In this document: in pieces, positions 13,109 through 24,805 of the stretch
Layout of the letters: every line of letters starts with the position of its first letter
Position numbering within the stretch: position 1 is the first letter of the stretch
Source of the DNA: Ostrea edulis
Taxonomy: Eukaryota
Assembly: GCF_947568905.1 (NCBI RefSeq)
Contig: NC_079169.1
Span: forward strand, 92,442,001-92,506,000
Length of the DNA: 64,000 nucleotides
Direction of reading: 5' to 3'
Notes under the pieces: model-generated
Seen by the model: only the letters and a program-made list of their open reading frames with translations
Database searches by the model: none
What the model was told of the DNA's origin: nothing
Made by a program: the position numbers and the translations under genes

Positions 13109-15864
13109 CAATAATTGCACTTGCTGTTGTACGGATGAAGGACAATGTCCCAATCCTGCACCGAGGATATATAATGCTGTTATAATCGGCAAGTATTATT
13201 GTAGCTACACAGTACGAGAGATTCTGTATTCATTACCTCTGTTATCTGTTTTTCGCTCGAAAATTTCCATTGTTCATGCAAGTGTCAAAGTGTAAACTAT
13301 ATCTGAAATATATTCGATATAATATGAAAGTACCGGTATATGGTGCCATCTTTTATTTTGTTTTTCAGCCTGTTGTCTTCTGTTCTTCGGAATCATCCTT
13401 TTTGGGATTCTGATCTACCTACTTAATAAAAGATGGAGGATAGGGTAAGCACAAAGCACGTTCTATTGTTCCATCGAAAGTTACATTTACCAACTGTCTT
13501 GAATTCAAGTTTCTCTTCCTCAATTCCTTTCAGTACGGCTCCGTGGAAATATTCTTCAGCCAAGTCATCTCTAAATATAAAACAATATCTGAATGAGAGA
13601 GGGAATACGCCTAGTAATGGTAAGTCATATCAAACTACATTAAAGACGTGTATTCATTTGGTTTATGTCTATGCTAACTCATGTTGTTAATAATTACTTT
13701 CGCAGACCAGTAGTATTTTTAAATGAAACTCATATGAGCTCACCTGAGCATAAATCCGTGTACTGGTATTCCTATGATGGTATACCAAAGAGGTGTCGTT
13801 TGTATTGCTTTTCAGAGCGTTCCTTATCCATGGCGTCTCTATGTTTTGTCTGCGTTTCTATCCAGGGGTATATGGCTAATCACTAAACATCTCACAGATC
13901 AGCAAAATGTTTTAGACTCTATTACAAGTTTCCAAGATAACTGTCGTGGTCCGGGATTGGTTGATACAAAGTCTGCAGTAGTGATTCCAATACGATTGAA
14001 TGCAAAGTCATCAAATATCGCACAAATGTCCCTTTATTAGTGTTTATGTTTGTGAGCGATCAATATTCAAAATGACCACTGTCACTTCTAGTTAAGATCT
14101 ATGGTTGCTTCAGGTGTCACCTATCATCGCACAAAATATTCAGTTATACAAATTGATGTATATAACTCAAGTGAAATAGCGTTGTGACCCGTATATAATT
14201 ATTGTCAAATCTAGTAGCACATGTATTGAAAAATATCCTATTTTCGGTGTAATTTAACTCTCATCTTTTTTTTTCAAGCAGAAAGTCGCAAAGCTGGAAA
14301 AGATTGTGAAGAAAACGAAGAAGAAATACTATTCAACGACCTCAAACCTTATGGTGTAGAGCAAAGCTCTTGCAATCGCATCCGGTCTCAGAATACTGCG
14401 TCAAATAAATATGACTACACTTTGTTTAGAGGTCGAAAACAGAAAAGTTGTGAAACCGTTGATTCCGATTTTTCGGTTGTCGGCCCAATAGCTGGGACTT
14501 CCCAGGAGTCAACTTTGACAATAGAAAATGAATTTCAAAAGGAATACGACTATGCCAGTTCTTTAATGGTACAAGAACTGGATAGAACATCTGATTCTCT
14601 TCCTGAAGGTAAAATGGAATCGCCACTTCCCGATCAACGGGGGAAAACTGTTAGGAAGATACGGTCAAAGACCTACAGCAAACAGGAAGTCGTTAAACCT
14701 CCTAACCCCAGGCGATCTAAATTTCCAAGCCCACCATGGACTAAACGTTCCACGCGACAAAAGAAAACCAAGTCTAAAAAGGTAGATGAGACGGAGTACG
14801 TAGAATGGTCGACGTGTAATACAAACGTCATTAACTGCACGCGCAATCTTAACGACGAGTGTCTCAATCCTACCACTGTCAGAAATCGTAGCAACATTAG
14901 AAGCATGTCTTTAGATACGGCATGTTTGATGGATAGAAAAAAAAGCGATGATGCTTATGGCGATTCGGATTCGGATGATGAAAAAGAAGAATTTACACCC
15001 CAGTTAACTTGGTATATACAAAAGTTGAAAGCGAAACATCTTCACCTCTTAAAGAAGTCTCATAGCGTGCAGGTGAATACGAAATTCAACAACAACGATA
15101 TGCCAAAAAATAAAACATTGGGTTCCAAGTCTTCGCAAAGTCTTGGTGTCCGGTATTTACTAGATAAAACCAAAAATGCTAGTACGATGGATAACGCTGA
15201 AAGCAGGCCCTCTGCAGATTACTTGACTTTAATGGACGTACCAAGTCAAAATAAACATGACACTATATTAGAAGAAGCTGTGGATACAGCGAATGATGAT
15301 CTTTCTAGAAGTGAAAACGTTGCTGGGGCTGTCAAGGACGATCTTGTTAAAAGTGAGGAAATTATGGGTGTCGTCAAGGACGATCTTGTTAGAAGTGAGG
15401 AAATTGTGGGTGTCGTTGAGGAGGATCTTGCTAAAAGTGAAGAAATTGTGGGTGTCGTCAAGGACGATCTTATTAGTAGTGAAGAAATTGTGGGTGTTGT
15501 TAAGGACGATCTTGTTAGAAGTGAAGAAATTGTGGGTGTCGTCAAGGACGATCTTATTAGTAGTGAAGAAATTGTCGGTGTTGTTAAGGACGATCTTGTT
15601 AGTAGTGAAGAAATTGTGGGTGTCGTCAAGGACGATCTTGTTAGTAGTGAAGAAATTGTAGGTGTTGTAAAAAATGATCTTATTAAAAGTGAAGAAATTG
15701 TGGGTGTCGTCAAGGACGATCTTGCTAAAAAGGAAGAAATTGTGGGTATAGTCAAGGACGATATCGCTAAAAGTGGAGAAGTTGTATGTGTTACAAATGA
15801 CGATCTTGTTGGAAGTGAAGAAGTTGCATGTGTCTCAGATAGTGACATGACAGAATTTAATTGA
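13109..15864 (+). CDS. Partial gene: single-pass (type I-like) membrane protein with Cys-rich juxtamembrane segment and long acidic, repeat-containing cytoplasmic tail; 5' exons not resolved
   Basis: Phase-compatible exons: 13109-13188 (NNCTCCCTDEGQCPNPAPRIYNAVII, GC donor G|GCAAGT), 13369-13444 (ACCLLFFGIILFGILIYLLNKRWRI, TM plus basic stop-transfer), 13534-13619 and 14279/14282-15864 (open through the 480-aa ORF). Confidence 0.6.
15295..15840 (+). repeat. Coding minisatellite, 42 bp / 14 aa x 13 (DDLVSSEEIVGVVK)
   Basis: Seen in the DNA and in ORF 14422-15864. Confidence 0.9.
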
Positions 15865-15971
15865 GGACGTTGTGTGTTAACTGATTCCATTCTTGTTTCG
15901 GAGAGAACTGATGGGAATTAATCTTGTGTAGTGTATTTACAAAGTTTATGACATTTATTAAGTTTGACTTT

Positions 15972-16290
15972 GTTTTACATCCCTTCGAGAACAGTTCACT
16001 CATATTGAGACATCACCAGCTAGAGGTGAAGTACCACAAATTTAGATTATGTATACTGCTCAGGGCCATTGCAGTGATCAAGGATTCTTAATGCGTCAAA
16101 GCCTGCTGCAACACGGGATCTCCGACCCGTAAGACCCGTGACTCTCACTTTTAACTGTCGATCGTTTGGCGAAGGAGCAATCGCTACCCATATCTACGTC
16201 TTAAGTTTGAAGCGGCTATGGTACGAGCGAGTATCTAACTCCTGACCTAGCCGTCACGAAGCGAACACACTACCACTGAGCTACCTTTAC
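15972..16290 (-). mobile_element. tRNA-derived SINE, diverged
   Basis: Reverse complement of the 11785 family: ttcactcatattgagacatcacca...cgtttggcgaaggagca...ccactgagctacc (tRNA head). Confidence 0.7.
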
Positions 16291-16723
16291 CAGTATTTCG
16301 TAAAATTCAAGAAAACATTGGAATCATTATTTTTGTATCAGATTTTTTTTCACCCTCTGCTTTGTGTCTCCTTCATTGATTGGCCAGGTACACGGGGTTG
16401 ATAAAAGTGTATTTAGAGAGGGCAATTATTGTTCGCCATTTCATCTGCGTTAAAAGAACAGGCGGCAAATACTCTGTTCATGCAGTTGCATCCCCATAAA
16501 CGTGACCTACAAAATGTGAAAGATTTAGATGCAAGATAATAGAGTTTTGGGGACAGGTAGTGTGGGGACATATCCTTAGTGATATTCTCTCTTGAAACAT
16601 TTTAAATTAGCAATTTGAAAGAAAGTATTGGATTAACTCTTACAGGTGTCCCTATAACTACCTCATGCATTTGACTTTTAGTCAACATGCGCGCGCATGT
16701 GTATTTTCTCCCACGGTTAACAG

Positions 16724-16754
<31 letters not shown>

Positions 16755-17049
16755 TTATTCAATGCTGATTTACCAAAGTGTCACAGCAATGTAGCGGTAA
16801 AATGTATATATATCTTTAAACATCAAACACTTCAATTAAAGAAAAAATTAAAATCAAATTCGTCATCATTATCTCATTTGAGATAAATAAAATTTGATCC
16901 TATCAGGACATAACATATCCATATCACGGTGGCGAATCACGAATCACCCATTTTACATTTTATTTTACCAACTATCTGACTTTGACAATAATGAATTGTC
17001 ACATAACTTTAATAGCAACACTTGAAGAATTTTCTCTGGAACAAATACA

Positions 17050-17826
17050 TGTATATCAACTTCCCATATAACAATATTCCATTATCATCTGCATATGGTG
17101 TTTATATCTCTCAACTGATGCGATACGCAAGAGCTTGTTCCACATATGGTCAGGTTTTAAATCGAGGCAAGCTACTGACAAACAAGTTCATGGTACAGGG
17201 GTTTTAACAGTCTCGATTGAAGTCAGAATTTCGCAAATCCGATGGTCGTTATAACGATCTAGCTCGTCAATGCAACCTATTACTGGGTCAAATGCTGTCT
17301 GACGTGTTACATTTGATTACGGATGACTCCGTTTACCTGATGAGGATACAGGGCTCACGGCGGGTGTGACTGGTCGACAGGGGGTGTTTACTCCTCCTAG
17401 GCACCTGATCCCACCTCTGATGTGTCCAGGGGTCAGGGCCGTAAATTAACCTTCAATTTGGAGGAGGCAGGATATTAGACGGGGGTCTGGGGGCCGCCCA
17501 GGCCCCCAGACGCTGAGCACATTTTGTGCACACTGAACACGTTTCGTGCAAAATCCTTGATTCTAGGGCCTTCTAAGATGTTACTTGACTAACTCATTCT
17601 AAAAGAAAGATTTGGAATGCTTTTTAAGGGAGGTATCATGTTCTTAGTTATTGGAAACAACATAAATTCTAATGAACTTTAAATTTTAATTTTTTTGGCT
17701 CAAAAGTTGGAGGAGGCAGCTGCCTCCTCCGCCTCCATGTAATTTACGGCCCTGGGGGTCCGTGTTTGTCCAACTATCTTTTTTGTATTGCTTATAGATC
17801 ACTGTTCGTTATCTTCACCTTTCATC
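17050..17826 (+). mobile_element. PLE 3' fragment (RT C-terminus plus 3' UTR) interrupted by a MITE
   Basis: INFPYNNIPLSSAYGVYISQLMRYARACSTY...RGKLLTNKF; the UTR ends cactgttcgttatcttcacctttca. Confidence 0.8.
17434..17754. mobile_element. 321-bp MITE, 15-bp TIR CAGGGCCGTAAATTA, 5-bp TSD GGGGT
   Basis: Perfect TIRs; GGGGT at 17429-33 and 17755-59; removing the element restores the PLE UTR sequence gtccaggggtccgtg. Confidence 0.85.
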
Positions 17827-18929
17827 TACTAAAATGGTGGTTCTACGTGCGATAGAAGCTGAGAACACTGATAGTTTTTTGTCTGTCGGAAAGTTCTAGA
17901 AAACAAGAAATTGTGACTAATCGTTATTGATAAAGGTGTTATTTACTCGTTTGAATTTTCCATTGTGTTGACTTTCGTCGTCATTTCCCCGCGTAATTGA
18001 TCATGTCAAAGTCACGTGATTCGCTAACCGTGCATATAGTAAAGCGTTTGTTTTTAGTCATCTTTCGAGTAGTCCATAGACATTGCAATTTGAGCAGTAT
18101 ATATATTGTAGGCGGGGCTATGAACATAATGGTTGTAACATACAATATTACCCGTAGAAAAAGGTTGGCGTTCGCTTTGTAGATTACTGTAAAACGCACA
18201 CCATTTTAATAAGCTTCGTGTACTTGTTTGTTTATATATATATTGCTTTACTTACTATACGAGATATACTTCTTTGTTCATATATAATTGCTTAACGTAC
18301 TATACGAAATTTGTTTTAATCATAAAGATATACATGTAGAGACGCCACTACATGTATCAGGTAAAGTGCTGCTTTTGATCCATGCCACAGGTACTTGTTT
18401 CTGTAAAAGTATACAGACGTCATCAACAAGTGCCCGTGACCTATGCATAGTGCTCAGAACTGTTGAATTCAGTCTACCGTGACATGGGGCCTTTGTTTTT
18501 GATTGTTATTATTTTTTTATTTTTTCGTAAGACCCGCAACATTTGCTTTTAATTCGGTTCACAAATTTCCCGGACCAAAGACTCGAGTAGCCCAGCAGTC
18601 CAGTCACAAGGATGTATATTCTGGTCCCACTTCGTCTCGCCAACAGAGAACAGTCATGCTCTACCTATGTTAAACTCAATGAGAATCAATTTTGACAAAT
18701 TCCCTACTTCTGCAACAGGTGCAAATTATTGCATGACGCCATTGGCAAGTGCGTATATTGTACACATGTAATACCACTGTCAGCTGCATATATAATACTA
18801 TAACATTTGTAGTGAACTGTGTACACATTTAATGTGACATCATTGGTAAGTGTATTCTTTGCATGATGTCATTGTGAGCTGCTTATATATATAATAATAT
18901 ACGTGTACTTACGTTGGTTGGTTGTATGA

Positions 18930-19122
18930 AAGGTGAAGATAACGAACAGTGATCAATCTCATAACTCCTATAAGCAATACAAAGTATATAGTTGGGCAAA
19001 CACGGACCCCTGGACACACCAGAGGTGGGATCAGGTGCCTAGGAGGAGTAAGCATCCCCTGTCGACCGGTCACACCCGCCGTGAGCCCTATATCCTGATC
19101 AGGTAATCGGAGTTATCCGTTT
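18930..19122 (-). mobile_element. PLE 3' UTR fragment
   Basis: gaaaggtgaagataacgaacagtgatc...gatcaggtaatcggagttatccgt. Confidence 0.75.
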
Positions 19123-19129
19123 CTCGACT

Positions 19130-19290
19130 TGTATATTGTTCCTCGTCCCACTCGACAGTTTTTCACTCATATGAAGACGTCACCATTGCGGGAAAGGGAT
19201 GCAAAATTTAGGCCTATGCTCGGCGCTTACGGCCTTTGAGCAAAGAGGAATCTTAATCGTGCCACACCTGCTGTGACCTCGGTTTTCGTT
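19130..19290 (-). mobile_element. SINE 3' fragment
   Basis: ttcactcatatgaagacgtcacc...gcaaaatttaggcctatgctcggcgctta...gtgccacacctgctgtga, matching the body at 57985-58110. Confidence 0.7.
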
Positions 19291-20147
19291 ACTTATATAT
19301 GAAGATACTGTAAGTTTTTTCTCAAACTTTATTAAACGTGGTTTATGAATTATAACAACTTACATTCATAATCGGAACAGTAAGACAAAATACTTTATAC
19401 TATGAGCACTTGCACATCTAGATGTTAAAGCATTCATTACACATATCTTTCATAACGGGTGTAAATTAATGCACACAAAACAGCAACTATATCATATACA
19501 TTATACAATACTACAACACAACAAAGAAACATGATACATATCTATGGATAAATTACAGTGACTGTTTTCATATTAAAATGCTAATGTCCACAGCCCTCTC
19601 ACATTTTTCTGTAAGTTATGAATTCACTTGTAAGTTTATCTAAGAATTGAAATGTTGATAAAATCAGTGTTTTTTGATTTCACTACCACATCCCTAAAAC
19701 AATTTGTTTCTCTTCTTCAAATATTGTCAATCATAAACCAAGAAACCACCAATATGATGATCCATAAATTTCAGTTCATTCTTGTATTCAATTAAAGCAA
19801 TTCATTCATTGACAACAAAGATTGAATTTTTTTTTCATGTATAAAACTTTTCTTTGAATATTTTTTTTAATACACATAGAGATTTCGTGTATCAAATCAT
19901 AAGAATACACATTATCTTAGGTTGTTCAAATATTTTGCAAGACTGCAACAAAATCACCTCACATAATCATGAGTTGCAAGAGCACTCTCGCATAACCTGC
20001 TATAGTTGCAAGATTCAACATACACAAGACACAGTAAAACCATCACAGTTTGTGTGAAGATACAACATGGCTGTCCCTGACTCTGGATAAACTGTTGAAG
20101 TCAAAGAAGAATGTGAAATAAGAACAAGGAGTCAACAATTCAGGCTG

Positions 20148-23100
20148 TCAATTATTCCAGTAGAGTTTGAGATAGGCAAGCTTCCGGTGGTACTTCCTCT
20201 CTTCCTTGGTGCTGTATAACTGCCCAAAAATAAAACAACACTTTTTATCTTGGTATGGTTACGCTAAGATGCATTAAAACACTGTACTTGCTTAGAAGAG
20301 GTCCATAGACCTCATCAATCATGTGTCAACTTACTGTTTCTGCAAAACAAATTCCAAAAACTCTAGACGCTAAGCCAATTAATTGAGTGTCATGGTTTGA
20401 ATAAGTTTGAACCTACATTACATAACAATATTTCATAATAGAGTATTTCGCAAATTCTATGGTTGTTATAATGATCTAGTTTGCCTATACAACCTATCAT
20501 TGGGTCAAATGCTGTCTGATATGTTTCAAACTGATTATTAGGTCGTTCTATTGACTACGGATAACTCTGTTTACCTGATTAAGATATAGGACGCACGGCA
20601 GGTGTGACTGGTTGACAGGGGATGCTTACTTGATCCTCCTAGGCACTTGATCCCACCTCTGGTATATCCAGGGGTCTGTGTTTGTCCAACTCTTAATTTT
20701 GTATTCCTTATAGGAGTTATGAGATTGATCACTGTTCGTTATCTTCAATTCTCATACTCCAGTAAATGACCAAACTCAGATAGTTTATCTGATTACCCCT
20801 ATGAATTACCTAAATACTCATATGAAGTACCTAATTACCTCTACAGATAAACCTGACTAATCACTTCTTTCTATGCTCCAGTAAATTACCAAATTCAGAT
20901 AATTTATTTAATTATCCCTATATATTATCTAAATACTCCTATGAATTATCTGATTACCTCTACAGATTAATGTGACTAATCACTTATATACTCCACTAAA
21001 TTATTTAATTACCCCTATAAATTATCTAAATACTCCTCTGAATTACCTAATTATCTCTACAGATTAACCTGAATAATTACTTATACACTCCAGTAAATGT
21101 CCAAACTCAGATAATCTATCTAATTACCCCTATAAATTACCTAATTACTTCAGTGATTTACCTTTTCTGTATTCTGTCCTATCGTACTCTGAACGCTTAT
21201 TTCCGGCAGATAGACTGGAGAACCTCCGAATGATTGATGCCACTGCACTTTTCGGTTCTTTGGAATTTCATGCTCATATGTACCAGGTCTGCGAAAAAAA
21301 AAAAAATCAAAGTACATGTATATCAAACTGTTAATCAAAGAAACACCTAATAAAACTTATAAAACATTGTAGCTAGCAGGGTTCAACAAATACTTTAGTC
21401 CTGTTGTCTCTAAGCTAGTGAAGATACTACCAGTGTAGTTGATTGTAAATTTTTGGTAATCCATTGAACTATAGTAAAAATTATAGAATGTAAAAGTTTA
21501 AAATTTCATTTAAATATGTCAAGTTCAACTCCATTAAAAATTTTCAACATCTTTTAGACATTTCAGTAAACTGGTTACCTGATAGGTTGAATTATTTTAG
21601 GTGAGAAGAAATGTAAAGTAGTACTAAGTGTTAAATGTATTTGATTAAATATCATGGAATTATGTGTAAAACATATGAGAAAAATACTGGAATTATGCTT
21701 TACAAGCATTTTTCCTTTCAATTTTTAAGGGGGTTGGGTTGGGGTGGGGGGTGGGGTGGGGGGGGGGGTGTTGTGTTCCCAGACTCCACTTCATGCAGGC
21801 CTGTATCATTAGTAAATTCCTGGTGAGACTAGATATTGAACCAGTTCATTAGTTCTGTGGACACTTGCTCCAAACAGTTAATGTCAAACCTGACTAAACA
21901 TGAAAATTTCACCTGAACCTTTTCTCTTGGATCAACCATCTGGAATGTAGAAACACCCCCCCTCCCCATAAACCTTTCACTTTGTATTTGAAGTTTATAA
22001 TCTTCAAAGTTATTGAAGTTGTGGCAATTTTGAAAAAAATCAACAAGATCTATACATGTGTAGACAGATGAGTGTGGTCATTTACTTACAAGATGCCCCC
22101 AATCATGATATATTTTTCACAAATAAATTGATATATTAACTACAGATGTTAGTATCCTGACTGAATCCTATAAACAGAGCTGATCAGATGTGAGTACTCA
22201 CCCAGGTAAAACATCCACAATGTCACGTTTATAAACTGGGAATCTGTCAGCCCCTACCAGAAATGGTTTCGTATCTAACTCAAACTCCTTCAGTGCTGAA
22301 TTTTGCTGTTGATACTCTGTGGGACAAGGTGTTTCAAACTGGAAAAGAATATGAAATACATGTACATGCACAGGAATGATAGGAGTCTTGTTAGTGGCCT
22401 ATACCCCAAGAGGGCCTGGAAGTAAACATAAGAAGTAAGTACAGGGATTATGCATTTATAAATGCAATACAGTAAAACACAGATACAGAAAACATGCTTA
22501 TAATGAATTTATGCTTACAACGAAGTGGAAATTTGAATTACATTTATAACGAATCAAAATTGTTCCTCCACAGCACTTTGCTATAATCATGTTGTACTGT
22601 AATTTCTCCTGTACATGACTCTGTTTATGTTGAACTTCTCTTCCGTCTGATTTAATAAATGGTTTTAATAGATGAGTGTAAGGAGAAGGGTGGGGTGGTT
22701 TTGATCACATTGACTTCTCCTAAACCTTGCAATTTACAAGGGTGGAAGTTCTGTTCCTTTTCTTGACAATTTTATTTTACTTCTGGGTTAAATAGTAAAC
22801 TTTATATTTGCAACTTCAGAAAATCTAAAAACAGTCTTCATAACACACTTTCAAGCAAATAACATACCACAACAGTTTTACACACAAACAAATAACATAC
22901 TACAACAGTTTTAGGAAGCCTCCTTGAAGTCCTTGCTCCCATTGTGTATCCCTTGGTGCTGTTTATGTTGTGTTCAACCTGGTACATAAAGCTGGTTTTC
23001 TATCAAAAAAATAAATATATATATATCTTTCTAATCTAGTATTTATAATCTTTTGAATATCAAGTATGGTATTCTCATGGCTAGTTTTAGAAAATCGTAG

Positions 23101-23732
23101 TAAAAATACATCATCAAAATAACTTTATTAATGAGTTCATCTCATGAAATGAAAATTACTTTATTGCTTCTAAATTCTTGATTCTGAGTGGTTATAATGG
23201 TAATCTGATTATTATGTTTCTACAAAGTATAATGCGAGTTTCTGTGAAAAAATGGAATCGTATTGAAATAAATGTTGTGCAAACCATTCAATATAACTTA
23301 TCTATATTTGTGTTCAAACTGTCACATGGGATTAAAATACACGGAAATAAAATCTTACATCTTCATTTTCATAACACCCAGGCCCTCTATGTGGGGCTCC
23401 TCTCAAGGGAACCATTTCATTCCCAAATCTGTTGGGTGGCATTTTGACAGGAAAAAGTTCCCTGTCTATGGTCGTCATAAAAGAAACCTTTTGTTTCTTT
23501 TCCACTGCAAAAAATAAATAAATAACTGAATACATATGCACTTAAACATACAGTTGTACTTTTAAAAGTGAATTTAATATGTTTATTAAGACATCGTATG
23601 TGCAATTCTTGTTAAAATGATGCTACAGCATGGTGTGACACAATTAATTTCTGATTATAAGATATAGTTTTCAAAAGTACTTGTTTAAGTGTACAATACT
23701 AGTTCCAGAAAGAAATCGTTATTTGTGTATAA

Positions 23733-23769
<37 letters not shown>

Positions 23770-23894
23770 ATGTGTCGAGGAAACGCGGACTGACATAATT
23801 TACTACATAGTTAGCATACTGTCAAAAGAGAAATAGGTAAAAATTATAATCAATCGATCATATTACAAATTTACAAGATTTACATACCCTCCAT
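20148..23894 (-). CDS. PIFO: Protein pitchfork / ciliary microtubule-associated protein 3 (195 aa, 6 coding exons)
   Basis: Exons 23894-23888, 23504-23359, 22999-22901, 22338-22202, 21288-21162 (frame taken from the supplied ORF track) and 20219-20148; all GT-AG, 588 nt in total. Motifs LFP..PPNRFGNEMVPLRGAPHRGPGCY, KGYTMGARTS, LPGPGTYE and C-terminal HRKLAYLKLYW match recalled vertebrate PIFO. Confidence 0.85.
20425..20755 (+). mobile_element. PLE 3' fragment
   Basis: gcatttcgcaaattctatggt...gggtcaaatgctgtctga-like segment plus the shared UTR ending gatcactgttcgttatctt. Confidence 0.7.
20755..21150. repeat. ~110-120-bp degenerate tandem array next to the PIFO exon-5 donor
   Basis: Recurring tactccagtaaat...aattacc...tctacagat. 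Confidence 0.6.
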
Positions 23895-23955
23895 TCTGTT
23901 ATATTGATCTCAGAATTTGTTGGTTTTTTAAAGCCTAAACTTCCTATGCTTCGAT

Positions 23956-24000
23956 GTTGCTATGAAATATGCGCATGCGTGTTTCTGTAATTTCCGGATC
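23956..24000. promoter_or_regulatory. Putative bidirectional promoter core for PIFO and GTF2H1: X-box-like (RFX), NRF1-like and ETS-like sites
   Basis: GTTGCTATGAAATA (23956), TGCGCATGCG (23970) and TTCCGGAT (23992), ~60-100 nt upstream of the PIFO ATG. A + strand donor caa|GTAAGT at 24161 suggests a non-coding GTF2H1 exon 1. Confidence 0.55.
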
Positions 24001-24345
24001 CGAGAAATCACCGGTGGGGAAAAATAATAATTATAATGGGGAAAAGAAAGAATAAAGAAAAAGCGAAATGACATGCTATTTACATTTGATCAAAGATCAG
24101 TTACAAACTAAAACAAGATAGATTAGGATAAAGTGTAGAAAGTATTTCAACAAGTTGCAAGTAAGTTTTCATTCTTTAATATTTTGTACAACGCAAAAAT
24201 TGTCTCTTATTGTAGCTGTCCGAATGTCCTCTGCAGATTAGCATAATTTAAAAAAAAAAATGCATTAAGAGAAATTCTGTGATATTTGATCGCTACATTT
24301 TTTCTCACAAGTGAGCAGGTTAGTCCATATATGTGAATGTTTCTA

Positions 24346-24746
24346 CAGGGCTTGAAACTTAACTGTTTATGTCACCAGTCCAGCCCGATTGTTAAGGTAT
24401 AATTTCAACCAGTCCGCAAAAATTTTTACCAGTCCACCAGAGTTTTTCAGAAATAAACAAACATATTTCGTTCATGTTTATATTAAAATAAAATGACAGA
24501 ATTTAATTTGATATGCCTCAGACAATATTGTAACACTTATGTGAGATTTATATTTACTAAATCTGGTTCATCTGATATCTACAGAGGAATACCAAATGTG
24601 TGTTTAAGCTTCCATAAATATGTTTTCCAAATTGATGTTTTAGAAAATTGACCAGTCCCATCGGACTGACTAAAACAAATGTCAGTCAGTCCGCCACACT
24701 ATTAACCAGTCACAGACTGACGGGCATATGTTAATTTCGAGCCCTG
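24346..24746. mobile_element. hAT-like MITE
   Basis: TIR CAGGGCTTGAAACTTAAC / GTTAATTTCGAGCCCTG; no clean TSD. Confidence 0.6.
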
Positions 24747-24805
24747 GAATCTATACACACAGAGATACTGAAGGGTTATCTTTGTAGTTGTTGACATTTG
24801 TAAAT

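Noticed and set aside
15246-15890. 214-aa antisense and 122-aa alternative-frame ORFs
   Set aside because: Shadows of the 42-bp coding repeat.
17325-17375. Hammerhead (CTGATGA) or SECIS (ATGA) motif in the PLE UTR
   Set aside because: Other copies read CTGATCA/CTGATTA and ATAA; no GAAA core or consistent stems were found.
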